Position numbers and translations under genes: made by a program. A DNA stretch of 64,000 nt, counting the filler, from Pirum gemmata (taxonomy: Eukaryota), in NCBI GenBank assembly GCA_002812295.1. It is 22 parts of 22 records of this genome, joined end to end, with 100 filler letters (N's around TTAATTAATTAA, not from the genome) between each part and the next. Parts side by side here need not be neighbours in the genome. Positions count along the whole stretch, not along the records: positions 25,304 to 27,811 come from PDIN01006029.1; positions 27,912 to 32,747 come from PDIN01006030.1; positions 32,848 to 35,331 come from PDIN01006031.1; positions 35,432 to 37,727 come from PDIN01006032.1; positions 37,828 to 40,303 come from PDIN01006033.1; positions 40,404 to 42,884 come from PDIN01006034.1; 16 more parts are not named here. One strand, 5' to 3'. The notes below the pieces were generated by a model that saw only the letters and a list, made by a program, of their open reading frames with translations, ran no database searches and had not been told where the DNA came from. Positions 26,438-41,780 of the stretch are shown piece by piece; position 1 is the stretch's first letter, and each line of letters begins with the position of its first letter.

Positions 26438-26945
26438 CTACGGCAACCCCATATTTATTAACCTACGCTCCACCACGTGTACTAAAGGAGACTTAACTGC
26501 ACCCTCAACACCCTCATCCCAAATATATATATCCATAACTTTACATAATACCTTCACTTCAGAGGCATTACGAATTGCTAGTGTTGTGCCTGGGCTTTGT
26601 CCTCTGAATGTATGTATAATATTGGGCGAATGATCAGTATGTACCGCACTAATCATGCTCCATGCCTTATGTACGCTATCAAAAGGTCCCAATTGATCCT
26701 CTTTATCACCACTACCACCACGACTACCAGCAGGGGTCCAGCACCCCCCTGTATTCGGAAAGGCAGTAAACGCGAATCGATTCGCGACTCGAGGGAGACC
26801 ATCGTCTCCAACTTCATCAAACCCGTCCAAACGCCCAGCCCAATACCACCAATGGCCCCATTTTCATTACTAGGAGCACCACCATCACCGCTACGGGAAC
26901 CACTATCTAATCCGTTTCCACGGTCACTGCCCCCAATATCACTTG
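26438..26945 (-). other. GC-rich island with coding-like but unidentified frames
   Basis: 130-aa ORF on the minus strand and 126-aa ORF on the plus strand; GC well above the flanks; no recognisable motif. Confidence 0.3.
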
Positions 26946-27149
26946 TAACCCTAACCCTAGACCTAAATAATAAATAATAAATTTATTATTTAATTAAAAT
27001 AATAATAATAATAATAATTGATAATAATAATAACTTGTACAATAACAATTATTCTTAAAATTTTAAGACACCAAATTTATGTTAACTACTTATTTCAAAA
27101 TTTCTAATGAAAGTTACATTTACTTTATTATTTTCTACATTTTGAGATG

Positions 27150-27190
<41 letters not shown>

Positions 27191-27194
27191 GTAC

Positions 27195-27278
27195 TAGCTA
27201 GGTAGGCGGTATTTGACCAGAAATTAACGTCAAGGGGTAGGTAGATAGGGGTATTTGAAGCTTTATTTGACCGCTCCC
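27195..27278 (+). mobile_element. MITE family B derivative, right end
   Basis: Ends TATTTGACCGCTCCC, the inverse of the family's left terminus. Confidence 0.7.
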
Positions 27279-27911
27279 TATGATACTAGTTACTGTAGAT
27301 AAGCTAAGATAGCTGCTATCATAGCTATCATACTGCTAGAGCTAGCTAGCTAGCTAGTAGCTATAGTAGACTATCATAGTATTCATAGTATCTAGTAGAC
27401 TGTAGATATCGATAGACTTCGATAGTAGAGTTATCGATAGCTTATCGATAGCTACTAGCTAGCTAGCTAGCTAGAGAGATGTATTAATTAAACTCATTGT
27501 GTGATTATTAGTTTATTATCGATACTCCACGAGGACTCAGCTGAGGACTCGTCGAGGAGTTCAAGAAAAAAAATTCCTGAACTCCTTGGTATTTTATCAA
27601 TACACTATCAATTCTATCAATAGACTATCAATAACTCTATCAATACAACTATCAATACTCTCATAATTCTCATTCTTCTCATACGAATCATACGATATAA
27701 CAAGGACTTCAAGTTGAAGTCCTTGGATATAATAATAATATATAGATGTAAAAAAATGGGGTATAAATAATAATATGATAATAAAATAATTAATAATAAT
27801 AATAATAATAANNNNNNNNNNNNNNNNNNNNNNNNNNNNNNNNNNNNNNNNNNNNTTAATTAATTAANNNNNNNNNNNNNNNNNNNNNNNNNNNNNNNNN
27901 NNNNNNNNNNN

Positions 27912-27942
<31 letters not shown>

Positions 27943-28016
27943 TAATAATAATGGTGCTGCAGTATATACAAAAACAAATAGTAAATAGTGAGGAAAACAA
28001 CTTTAGTCAACAATAC

Positions 28017-29059
<1,043 letters not shown>

Positions 29060-29254
29060 TTTACAATATTCTTTATAGTACCTTTAGAGTTGTGTTTGAA
29101 TTGAATATTAATATCGCTGCTCTTGTTATTGTTATTGTGGTGTGCGTGTGCGTTTGCGTGTGCGTGTGCGTGTGCGTGTGCGTGTGCGTGCGTGAGTGTG
29201 TGTGTGTGTGTGTGTGNAAGAATACACCCCTTATACTTGGGAATAGAACCATCT

Positions 29255-31554
29255 CTATATATTATTATTATTATTATTATTATTGTTATTATCCTTCTTG
29301 TCGCTGTCACTTTTGTTTGTGTTTTGTGTGCTAATATCGTTTTTGTTATTATTATTATTATTATTATTATTGTTAGTATTATTATTATTGTTATTGTTAT
29401 TATTAGTATTATTATTATTATTATTATTAGAGATATTGTTTTTGTTGGTACTAGCAAAATTGGGCTCGTGATCCATAACTTCTTCAGCATTTCGGTTAAT
29501 ATATTGTTGCTCTGGGCGATTATCCCACATTTCAACAGGATGAGGCTGAGGCGGCTGCGCAAGATTCCCATTGCTATATTCAACAGCATTACTTCCCGAG
29601 CTTCCATAGTAATAATTGTAACAATCGTCTTGATCATAATTATAACTACTATAATAGTGCAAAGGCCCCTGTGATGGAGTTGGATTGGAATAATCGTAAA
29701 CTTCACCATAACTTACATTATTAACAGTATTGTTATGAGCATTGCTATGAGGACGGTGGTAATAATGGTGGTGTTTGTGGTTGTTATGGTTATGATTATT
29801 ACTTGCATTATTGTTCATGATGTCAATGTTATTGCCATCAGTACTATCATTACTATTACTAATACCATTATTAATATCATCGCTCTTATTTCTCTTATTA
29901 GTAATGTTGGTATTATTGGCATTATTGGAATTATTAGTAGTATTAGTAGTATTAGTAGTATTAGTAGTATTAGTAGTATTATTAGTAGCATTTATACAAG
30001 TACTTTGTTTTTGTTTTTGGTGATGTTCTTTTTTGCCAATATCACCATTACAGCGAATTTTCCCAGTAATTTCGCTATGCAGTTGATTAACATGATCATA
30101 TCCAAATCTATTATTATAATCTTGTTTCGTAGAAAAAGGCACCCGATTAACCTCCATACAATTATTTTGCCTTTGTTGGTTTATCTCTTGAACTTTAGCT
30201 TTTTCTTCTACTTCAGGATAAAGAGGTTCCGAAAAGTTTTGTAATACAGGTGACGCAACGCGCTTAGCCTCAAGACTATAAGTCCTTTGCAGTGGGTATT
30301 GTTGTTGCTGTATGTGACGATTATCATTATGACTTTGTGGAGTTTGTTGAGGTGCCTGGGTTTCTAATACCTCCGGCCCCGGTGCTTGCCCTTTTGCCTG
30401 TATATGATTCGAAGCTCGAATTGGGGTTGGTACAGGTCGTTGAGCTACTAACGCTCGCGATAATTGTTTTGGTTGTTTTAGCTGTTTTAATTGTTTTGGT
30501 TGTTTTGATTGTTTTGGTTGTTTTGGTTGTTTTGGTTGTTTTGGTTGTTTTGGCTCTTTTTTGTGCTTTTGTTGCTTTTGTTGCTTTTGTTGCTTTTGTT
30601 GTTGCTTTTGTTGTTGCTTTTGTTGCTTTTGTTGCTGTTTCTGTTGCTGATGCTGTTGTTGTTGAAGAATGTGTTGTTGAGAATGAGGTTTTCGCTTTGG
30701 TGAAGGCTGTTTTGATTGTTTAGCTTGTAAGGTTTGCTGTAGTCTTTTCTTGTTGTCAATAGTACCTTCACTGATATTACTACTATTTTTCGGCGTATTA
30801 ATAGTGGCAGTGGCTTTATTAGAAATGTTATTAGTGCGTGGTTGGGGCTCAGAAATTTGACGTTGAAGGTGGACAGAGTTCTTTAAATTCGAAATGGGAC
30901 CAGAATGATGATGTGAAAAACTATAAGGAACTGGCTTAGGTAACACTAAATCGACTTGACTTGGTAGTGATGACGTTCTAGATATAGAAACGGTTTCCGG
31001 ACGAGGTGCATTTATCGTTGGACCATTATTTTTTATGATACCGTTCTTGCCAAGGTCATTATTACTATCATTGCTACCGCTGCTGCTGCTGCTGCTGCTG
31101 CTGCTATTGTCGTTGGTGATAACATTGGTATTGGTCGAAATCGTATTGTTAAAGTGGGCGTGGGGATGGGGGGGGTGATGATGATAAAGACGTGGATACT
31201 GTTGTGAAAAAGCATGATTATTGTGATGAGAGTGAGTGGGCTGATTGTGATGAGAAAACCCATTTCGCATATGAATAGATGGATTTTGATGGCAATTGTG
31301 ACTGCTGTCATTAATATTTTCATCGTGATTGGCATGAGGGTTGACAGGAGAAGGTGGATTGGTAGAAGATGGACTGTGTATAGCCGAGCTATTGGTAGTT
31401 GACGCTGGGGTTTGTGGGGCTGTGTGGGCTGGTGTTGGCGGGGCGCCGATGATAGATTGCGTTAAGCCCAGGGCAGAGGGTGATTTCCAATTAGGATGTT
31501 TTCTTTTCACATGTTGCTGAAGAGAATGAGCTGATGCATATCTTCTAGAACAAT
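29255..31554 (-). CDS. Large 3' exon of a C2H2 zinc-finger protein, starting with the second half of the finger
   Basis: TATTAG| phase-1 acceptor, then CSRRYASAHSLQQHVKRKH and about 750 aa of Q/N/H-rich sequence to TAG. Confidence 0.85.
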
Positions 31555-32243
31555 CTAATAACAATGAACATTGTTAAAATAATTAATAAATAAGACACTT
31601 TGACTTATATTACTTGATACTACAACATTATCTATTGCTTTACGCAAATAAAAAAATGGGAATAATAATAATAATAAGAATAAGAATAAGAATAAGAATA
31701 AGAATAAGAATAAGAATAAGAATAAGAATAAGAATAAGAATTAGAATAATTAATAAGAATTATTATTATCATNGTAGGATTCATTTTTCTTATTGGTAAT
31801 ATATATTTTTTTTTGTATATAATACACCATTATGATGTATAATCATAATCGACTATATATATATATATTAATGACAACAATGACAATGACAATAATAATA
31901 ATAATAATAATAGTAATAATGACAACAATAACAATAATATATTCATTTTTCTTATTGGCAATATATTTTTATTTTATATATAATCATTATGATGTATAAT
32001 TGACAATGACAATAATAATAATAATGGCAACAACCATAATAATATATTTATAACCATATTTCCTATACAAATTTAATACACGGAAATACTATTTATGCAA
32101 ATTGACTTATTTAGCTTTTGATATATATATATATTGGTTGTACTCAGATTATAATTGCAAGTAATGAAATCGCTACGCAAAAAAATACTTTGAAAAACAT
32201 TGTTAAGCCGACTATTTTGTAATCACGATCATCGTTTCTTGGT

Positions 32244-32514
32244 GCCTTAGCCTTAGCCTTAGCCTTAGCCTTAGCCTTAGCCTTAGCCTTAGTCTTAGCC
32301 CTTAGCCCTTAGCCTTAGCCTTAGCCTTAGCCTTAGCCTTAGCCTTAGCCTTAGACTTAGCCTTAGCCTTAGCCTTAGCCTTAGCCTTAGCCTTAGCCTT
32401 AGCCTTAGCCTTAGCCTGAGCCTTAGCCTTAGCCTTGACCTTAGCCTTAGCCTTAGCCTTAGCCTAGCCTTGGCCTTGTCCTTGACTTTAGCCTTGGCCT
32501 TGGCCTTGGCCTTG
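32244..32514 (+). repeat. (TTAGCC)n hexamer tract
   Basis: Read directly from the sequence. Confidence 0.95.
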
Positions 32515-32874
32515 ATCATTTTACGTTGTCGTTGCTGCTGTTAGCGCTAAAATAAACCAATTGACTATACATTGTATATATACAATATTTAGTTTGGTAG
32601 TTTCTTTGTTTTAATTTTATATAAATTAAAACTTGTTGTCTTAAATATTTTTAAAACATTTTGGGAAGGTGGCCTATTGGCTTAACTAACTACAATGCTT
32701 GAGTGGTTTTTTTTCTGTTTGTTAATTTTTGTTTGTTGTTTTGTTGTNNNNNNNNNNNNNNNNNNNNNNNNNNNNNNNNNNNNNNNNNNNNTTAATTAAT
32801 TAANNNNNNNNNNNNNNNNNNNNNNNNNNNNNNNNNNNNNNNNNNNNTTATTATTATTGTTGTTGTTGTTGTTG

Positions 32875-33277
32875 TTATTGTTGTCTATGATGTTGTAAAT
32901 ACAAATGTTTAAAAGGTGTAGTATTAGATCCTGAGGTATTATTAACATTATTATCGTAATCCCTACTAATAGTATTGCTAACCCTATTATTATTGTAAAT
33001 AGAGTTATAATTCATATTAATTTTTACATTATTTGTTAAAGAATTAAGTTTGTATCTACTACTATTACTAGTATTATTAGTAAATTGACTATTATAATCA
33101 GTATTAGATTTAAGTATATCATAGTTATTGCAATTTAATACTCCTGGTATTGAAGTTGCATTCTGTTGTGGTTGTATATTAGAGTTAATATTGATGTTGA
33201 TGTTATTATAAGAAGGTGCATAAAAAGGATTCGGTTGTGGCTGTGGCTGTGGTTGTGGTTGTGGTTGCTGTTGTTGC

Positions 33278-33325
<48 letters not shown>

Positions 33326-33690
33326 AATTTCTGTAATTGATATCGATTATGCTGTTTTTGCTGATGTTGTTGTTGGTAATGATAATGATTTTGATAAAGT
33401 TGTTGGTGTGGTTGTACATGTGTTTGTAAATTCTCTTGTTGATTTTGTTGTTGTTGTTGTTGTTGTTGATATTGTTTATATCGTTGATATTGGGTTGCTG
33501 TCTGTTGCTGATTGTAATGATGATGGTGATATTGTTGTTGTTGTTGTTGTTCACTACATTGTTGTTGATTTTGAAATTGAGGGCATAAATCATGTTCTTG
33601 TAGCTGTGGTGATGGTGGTGACGTTGCTTTTTGATAAGCTTGTGATGCATTTACGTATTGGTACTGTTGTTGTTGTTGTTGCTGCTGTTG

Positions 33691-33760
<70 letters not shown>

Positions 33761-34008
33761 AACAAAAGACGCAAATTGAGCATTGAGATGGCTCTAGGTA
33801 CCCTATTCAATGCAATATGATTACTTTCTAGTGAATTTACATTATTATTATTATTATTATATAGACAAGGTTCAGTTTTCCTTCTTACCAACTTTCTATT
33901 TAATACCTCAGGAGACAAAAGATGTTGTTGTTGTCTTTGCATCGCTTTATTTAGTAACTCTGGTGATAATAAATTCGAATTATATTTTTGTTGTTGTTGT
34001 TGTTGTTG

Positions 34009-34090
<82 letters not shown>

Positions 34091-34091
34091 N

Positions 34092-34182
<91 letters not shown>

Positions 34183-34468
34183 GATATATTTCTGTAGAAA
34201 TGCTCATGGTAGCTGGGCTAATTAGTGATATATTATTAGGTTCGAGTGGTTTGTTAATGTTGTTGTCATCAATTTTATTTAAATCAACTGTAGAATTTGA
34301 CGTTGTTATTTCACTAGGGTTGATTAACGAGGATTGTATCATAACGGTCGTTGTTGGTATTAAAGAAGCTGGTGACGTAGGTATTGTTGTTGCTGCTGCT
34401 GTTGTTGTTGTTGCTGTTGTTGTTGTTGCTGTTGTTGTTGTTGTTGCTGCTGCTGCTGTTGCTGCTGC

Positions 34469-34512
<44 letters not shown>

Positions 34513-35005
34513 CATTTTCTTCGGCAGCTTTTGCTCGTTTTTTTTCATTGTTTTGTTCATTCATTGATATAAAAGCATTGGTTTGTATTATGGTTCGTTT
34601 TCGAAGTTTTCTTTTTCTTTGAAATCCGCATCCAAATTTTTTACCAGGCAATAATTGACCATAATGATTAGTACGATAGTGTTGGCGTCGAGAATGTGCA
34701 GAGGAATAATGACGAGTACAACCTTCAAACTCACAAACAAATTGATTAATTAATTCATCTTTGATTTTTGTTGATGGTGTTGGCGTTGTTGTTGTTGTTG
34801 TTGTTGTTGTTGTTGATTTAACTTTATTATCATTACCTAAATTTTGCTCTTTTTCAAAATCTTCTATCTCTAATTCCGTCAGCTCTGTTAGTACTGTTGT
34901 TTCCAGCTTTCGAAGGGGAACGTTGTTATTGACGTCATCCATGGTAATGTAATTTATTGATATTGATGACTTTGGTGATCTTGGAGAGAGATAAGGAACA
35001 CACAT
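32875..35005 (-). CDS. Single-exon C2H2 zinc-finger transcription factor-like protein, poly-T/Q rich
   Basis: FVCEFEGCTRHYSSAHSRRQHYRTNH followed by RKRKLRKR. The two listed ORFs join through poly-Q; the apparent frameshift falls at the N at 34091. Confidence 0.85.
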
Positions 35006-35736
35006 ATGTATGTAGGTTGTATAACTATTCTTAGAAAGGGTATTATTATTATTACTATTAAAATTAATTAAAATTAATATTATTATTAATTTTAAAAGGT
35101 GTTATTACTATTACTATTACTATTACTAGTATTAATATTATTATTAATTATTATTATTAATTATTATAATATTATATTATTAATGGTTATTCTTATTATT
35201 AATTATTATTATCATTAATTATTATTATTAATTATTATTGTTGTTATTGTTATAATTATTATTATTATTTATTTAATTGTATTATCAATTACTAATATTT
35301 ACTATTAATTATTATTATTATTATTATTATTNNNNNNNNNNNNNNNNNNNNNNNNNNNNNNNNNNNNNNNNNNNNTTAATTAATTAANNNNNNNNNNNNN
35401 NNNNNNNNNNNNNNNNNNNNNNNNNNNNNNNCCAAACAACCAAACAACCAAACAACCAAACAATCAAACAACCAAACAACCAAAAGCTTTTCTAAGTTGG
35501 GACTTTGAAATTTCGGGGAGATAATTTCAGAGACAGAATGTCAGGGATTGGCTATAGAACGAATTATAATTACACTTTTGGCACATCATTCGTTGAAAAA
35601 AAAAATGTTTGAAAGACTTTTTCCAAATTAAGAACCATTTGACTCTAAACTATTGATTCGCCTTTTGAGTGGTGAACCCTTTCCTAAAAATTTTGCCCTT
35701 CCTAAAAGTGGCTTTTTGTTCATTTTTCCCATTTTT

Positions 35737-35861
35737 GGGAGCCAATTTCCGGTCAAGTACGGCTTAAATTACCCCTACCTACCTAATCTTTGAAGGTAAT
35801 TTCTGGTCAAATACTGCCTGCCTACCTTCCCCTTGACGTGACGTATTATTTGAACACTCCC
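35737..35861 (-). mobile_element. MITE family B copy
   Basis: GGGAGC...TTTGAACACTCCC. Confidence 0.8.
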
Positions 35862-36465
35862 TTTCCATAATTTTACAGATGGTTATTTTATTATAGTGAA
35901 ACCCAAACGTTGGACGTTTTTATTCTCGCCATAACAAAAAAGAAAAAAAAAACATGTGTAAAACTATTTCATCCCTCTTTTTTTTTTTTTTTTATAAAAA
36001 ACAAAAAAAAAAATTAAAAACAAATTTTAAATTAAATTTTGTCACCCATTACTTTTGGCTTATTTTGTGATCACAATATTATAATTATACAATAAATATA
36101 ACATATAAATCAATTTTATTTAGTTTGGTATGTTTTATTATCTATTTATTCATTTTTAAATAATTATGTCAATGTATAGGTTATAACAAACCAAATAAAT
36201 ATGCATAGTAACAAAAGAAATGAAAAGCACAAAAACGACAAATACAACAAAAACAACAAAAACAACAAAAACAACAAAAACAACAAAAACAACAAAAAAC
36301 AACAAATACAACAAAAAACAACAAACAACAAAAACAACAAAACAAAACAAAACAAAACAAAAAAACTCGTCCCATACCACACTTTCTTTATTTAGTTAGT
36401 AAAAACTACCACACTTTCTTTATTTAGTAATAGAGTTTTTTAAAAAAAAGCTACTGGGTAAAACT

Positions 36466-36697
36466 AGTAGGGGTGAGATGACGTCATTTTATTATTACCG
36501 AAAAGCTGCCGGAACTTTTCCGATTTTATGGCTTTATTACTATTAATGTTAATATTATTCCTATAATTGTTCACTAATATAATTAAATTTACTATTTTAA
36601 GCTATTTATCTGCTATTATTAGTAAGAAACACGGGACTAAGGTTGGCTCGAGAAGTATCTGTTCGAAAAAAGTTCTAGTAGATATCTCACCCCTACT
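36466..36697 (+). mobile_element. MITE family A, 8-bp TSD GTAAAACT
   Basis: TIR AGTAGGGGTGAGAT / ATCTCACCCCTACT; TSD at 36458-36465 and 36698-36705. Confidence 0.92.
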
Positions 36698-36932
36698 GTA
36701 AAACTTTGCCCTAGCAGCTATGGTGCAGCACGCCTAAAATTTACCAACTAATTTTTGAAAGTCGCCAAATTTTTTCTAGCGGCTTGAATATATCGAACAC
36801 ACTAAATTTATATATTCGAAATAGAATTTTATTATCACTATGCCCCAAAAAGTTGGGGGTTCTTAGACGCAATGCACCCATAAACTATAGCATAGCATAT
36901 ATGATAGACAAAAAAAAATTTTTTTTTTTACT

Positions 36933-37164
36933 GATAGGGGTGAGATATCTACAGGAACTTTTTTCGAACAGATGCTTAACGAGCCAACCTTAGTTCCGTG
37001 TTTCTTACTAATAATAGCAGTTAAATAGCATAAAATAGTAAATATAATTATACTTGACACCAATTAAAGTAATAATATTAAGATTAATAGTAATAAAACC
37101 ATAAAATCGGAAAAGTTCCAGCAGCTGTTCGGTAATAATAAAATGACGTCATCTCACCCCTACT
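36933..37164 (-). mobile_element. MITE family A, reverse copy, 9-bp TSD TTTTTTACT
   Basis: Reverse complement of the previous copy; one terminus reads GATAGGGG. Confidence 0.88.
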
Positions 37165-38703
37165 TTTTTTACTACCCAATTTTTGCAATATATTAGTAAT
37201 AGTTACTAAATTAGTAATACATTATTGGATTTCTATTCGTTGTAGCAACAATTGGAGCAAGTGTTTTTTTGTAAACCACTTACTTTTTTCCGGGCCTAAA
37301 AATTAATGTATTTTTCTTTTTTAATTTTTTAAGTTAAAAATTATTTCATCCAATAGACTATTGGTATCAATGGATTCGTTTCGAAAAAGTAAATGAGAAA
37401 AGTGAAAGTTTCATTTCAATAGCTCGTTTAGTTCAAAAGTTANNNNNNNNNNNNNNNNNNNNNNNNNNNNNNNNNNNNNNNNNNNNNNAAAAGATTTTGT
37501 ATCTAAATATTTTTTAGTCTACCAAAAAAAAATCTTTACACCATTTTCTATAGAAAATAGAATGCTAGTCTACTGGCCAAATTATTTTTATACCTGAGCT
37601 GCCTAATTTTTCGAGAATCCACTTTTTTTTTGCGAATATTTTTAGGGTGGGAAAAAAGTCAGTGTAATTATTAGTACTTAATTTAGTAGTACATTATATT
37701 TCTACATTATAAATATTCCTATTCATGNNNNNNNNNNNNNNNNNNNNNNNNNNNNNNNNNNNNNNNNNNNNTTAATTAATTAANNNNNNNNNNNNNNNNN
37801 NNNNNNNNNNNNNNNNNNNNNNNNNNNTACTACTACTACTACTACTATTACTATTACTATAGCTATTACTATTACTATTATTATTACTATTATTATATTA
37901 CTACCAATACTATTATTATTTTTATTATTATTATCATTATCTTCATTATTATCATTTAATTATAACATCATTATAATAATTCTAATGCTTTTAAATTTAT
38001 TAGAATATTAATATTATCTAAAACTTAGTTAATATAATCAATATACTAACACAAAACTATTGAAAAACAAACCCAAAAAACAAAATTCCTATATTACTTA
38101 GCTGATCATGATCAGAATAATATTAATTATACATAATCATTAAAATTATAATTTATTCAAATGTAATAAAACTATGAAGAGTGTGAAAACGCTTAAGGTA
38201 AAAACGCCAGAATAACAGTAACAGTAACAATAGCAATATAAATTAATAACAATTTCAATAACTACGTATACATATTTTTATAACAATAACGTTTTAACTT
38301 TAATCAAAAAACGTTATTAATATAATATTAACTTATAATATATATGTCAATACATGATATTATTCTTATATTTAAGTTTTTATTACATTTTAAAAACGTT
38401 ATTAACAATATTGAAAACAATATTTTTTTAACAAAAACAATATCTTAATTAACAATAAAATTATAGCAATTGCAATACTTTGCTATTATTAATCAATTAA
38501 CAATTATTAACAATAACATTAGTTATAATAACAATAAAAATATTACCAAGATCAATATCAATATTGATCGATAACAATTAATAACAATAACAACTAATTA
38601 GTAACAATAACAACAACAATAGCAATAGCAATAGCAATAGCAATAACGAAATAAAAAAGGGATTTTTTTTCTCTTTTTCATGATCAATAATTAATAATGA
38701 CCA

Positions 38704-38761
<58 letters not shown>

Positions 38762-39029
38762 TTATTATTACTATTACTATTACTATAGCTATTACTATTA
38801 CTATTATTATTACTATTATTATATTACTACCAATACTATTATTATTTTTATTATTATTATCATTATGTTGTTTGTTGTTGTTGTTGTTGTTATAATCGTC
38901 ATAACGTTAACCGTTATGGTTAAAATTTTGTGATTGCTATTTCTGTTATTTCTGTTGTTATTATTTCCACTGCTTCTATAGTAGTAGTAGAAGTAGAAGT
39001 GACTGCATAGAATAATAATAATAATATTA

Positions 39030-39060
<31 letters not shown>

Positions 39061-39425
39061 TAGTAATATTAATAGTAGTAGTAGTAGTAGTAGTTGTAGT
39101 AAGCACTGGTATAATATTATAGTAGGATCTAGTAGTAATAGTATCACGATAATAGGAATGGCGGTAGTAGTAGTAGTAGTAGTATAGTAGGTAAGGGCTA
39201 GCTAGCTAGGTATTAGGGTTAGGGTTAGGGTTAGGATTAGGGGTTAGGGTTAGGGGTTAGGGTTAGGGTTAGGGGTTAGGGTTAGGGTAAGTACTAAGTA
39301 GTAGGGGTATGATAGCTAGCTATGATAGTATGATACCAGCTCTGAGGAGAGGTCTAGAGTGGACTAACTATGATACCAGTACTGGAATAGTAGACTGGGG
39401 CAGTACGCCGCAGTAGTTGCCCACA

Positions 39426-39673
39426 CATTCGTCAGAGGGTCATCAATTGATGATCAGGTCATCAATTGATAACTTTTTATATCAAATCCAACGTGGTCGT
39501 ATTAACACTTTTAATTATGATACGCAATTGAGACGAAAAGTATATCAAATGAAAGGAAATTACGTCAATATTAAGTGGTGAAAGTATCGTGTCATTCATT
39601 CTTATTTTCCGAAAAGTTTGTCAAAGTAAAACAGTAAAACGTCATCAATTGATGACATAGCGCGCTGACGGGG
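39426..39673. mobile_element. MITE with CGTCAG...CTGACG ends and palindromic subterminal TCATCAATTGATGA
   Basis: The palindrome occurs near both ends; a similar left end (CCCATTCGTCAG plus GACGTTAATTAACGTC) lies at about 47359. Confidence 0.55.
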
Positions 39674-40403
39674 AAGTAAGAGGTAACTTTTCTGGGAACT
39701 CCACAGTGACTCTATACACTCACCCTGGTATCCGATTTTTAAAAAAATTTAATAATTCTTTTTTGTTAAAAACAAAATGACGCACGCAACTTAATTAAAA
39801 CTAAACGTCATAAAGCTGTTGAACACTCTTCTGAAACGTCGCTCCCAATATTTTATTTAGCCAAGTCAGTCTAGCTAGTGTCAAGTCTGTGGTAGTCAAG
39901 GACTTTGATAGGTGGGTCTACTAAAAAAAAAAGTTAAAAATTGGGGCACTAAAATTGTTCAGGGAGAGAAGCCAAAATAATGTGATTACGTCATTTTTAA
40001 GTGAATATTTCTGATGGGAATCTAGCTAGACAATGGCTAGCTGACTCTTTGAGTAGGACAAGAGTAGGACTCTGAGTAGCTCTAGCTAGCTAGAGAGGAG
40101 AGAGGCAATGATATTTTTTTTTATAGTACTTTTATTTGTAAAAACTTTTATCGATATAACCTTATTTATAAATAAATATACTTAATATAGTCTTTACAAA
40201 TTTCTTTCTACTGGTAGATAGTTTGGTAGTGAGCCGAGTAGCTAGAGTTCAATAAAAAACTATTCAATAAAATTTTTTTGCCAGTACCCTGCCTTTCTCC
40301 CCCNNNNNNNNNNNNNNNNNNNNNNNNNNNNNNNNNNNNNNNNNNNNTTAATTAATTAANNNNNNNNNNNNNNNNNNNNNNNNNNNNNNNNNNNNNNNNN
40401 NNN

Positions 40404-40488
40404 GTGGTATTTGACCGGAAATTAAAGTCGAGGGGTAGGTAGGTAGGGGTATTTGAAGCTGTATTTGACCGGAAATTGGAGTTACGTA
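40404..40488 (+). mobile_element. MITE family B fragment; others at about 41295-41401 and 43904-44030
   Basis: GGTATTTGACCGGAAATT repeats. Confidence 0.8.
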
Positions 40489-40599
40489 CTATTATATAAT
40501 AATCATTAGCATGACAGCACAGCACGCACATTGCATATAAAAATAAAATTAACAGTTACTAAATAACTAAATCAACGATATGAATCAATAATTGAAATC

Positions 40600-40652
<53 letters not shown>

Positions 40653-40768
40653 CGGGGTCTTGAGACTGTCTTGAGAGTCTTGAGTAATATTGCATTTTTT
40701 TTTATTATAATTATCTAAAATACCAAACTATGTAACTATTATTTATGTAGTACAAGAACTGTAGTACA

Positions 40769-40990
40769 AGGAGGGATGAGATGACGTCATTTTACAAGTT
40801 CGCCAAAATGAATTTTTGTGATTAAAATTACTTTAAATAGTATAATAGCTACTATTAATAGAAGCTTCTAAAATAGTAGCTAATATTTATAGCTATATAA
40901 ATACTATTTATGGTAACTGCGAAGTGGCGAATAGCCTTCCACTTCACCCCTCGCCCTTAAATGTTCGCAAAGGGGGTGCTCACCCCTCCT
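40769..40990 (+). mobile_element. MITE related to family A, 8-bp TSD GTAGTACA
   Basis: AGGAGGGATGAGATGACGTCATTTT...CTCACCCCTCCT; TSD at 40761-40768 and 40991-40998. Confidence 0.85.
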
Positions 40991-41495
40991 GTAGTACAGC
41001 GCTTTTGTCACTCCAAAATTATTATTTATTTGGTTGGTTATAATTTTTAAATTGACATTGTTAAATGAATAAAATGGATAATAAAACATACCAAATTAAA
41101 TGAAATGGATTTATATTGTATTAATTTGGTAATCTTTATAACTGAAAACCACGGTAATTATTTATTTTGATTTCCAAGTCTGCGAGTTATTGATTTATTT
41201 CTATTGTGCTTTTCAGTTGTTTTGTCATTATAATAATATTATCATTTATGACTTGAATTTTTAATTTTATATTATAATGAATTTTGTCTGGAATACTACG
41301 TAACGCCAACTTCCGATCAAATACAGCTTCAAATACCCTTACCTACCTACCCCTCGACGTTAATTTCCGGTCAAAGACCACCTACTTACCTACCCCTTGA
41401 CTACCGCTGCTTAGGAAACTCTTGGGAACTACTTAGGAGTTTTAGGAGTAGGGATTCGGGAATCCACTTGATTTTAATTCTACAGCTATTCTACT

Positions 41496-41726
41496 AGTAG
41501 GGGTGAGATGACGTCATTTTATTATTACCGAACAGCTGTCGGAACTTTTCCAATTTTATGGTTTATTACTATTAATGTTAATATTATTACTTTACTTGGT
41601 ATCTACTATAATTAGATTTACTATTTTCAGCTATTTAACTGCTATTATTAGTAAAGAACACGGAACTAAGGTTGGCTCGATAAGCATCTGTTCGAAAAAA
41701 GTTCCAGTAGATATCTCACCCCTACT
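41496..41726 (+). mobile_element. MITE family A, full length
   Basis: Perfect 14-bp TIR. Confidence 0.92.
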
Positions 41727-41731
41727 TATTC

Positions 41732-41780
41732 TACCCTAACCCTAACCCTAACCCTAACCCGAACCCGAACCCTAACCCTA
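41732..41780 (-). repeat. (CCCTAA)n insertion flanked by a 14-bp direct repeat
   Basis: ACCCCTACTTATTC at 41718-41731 and 41781-41794. Confidence 0.85.
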
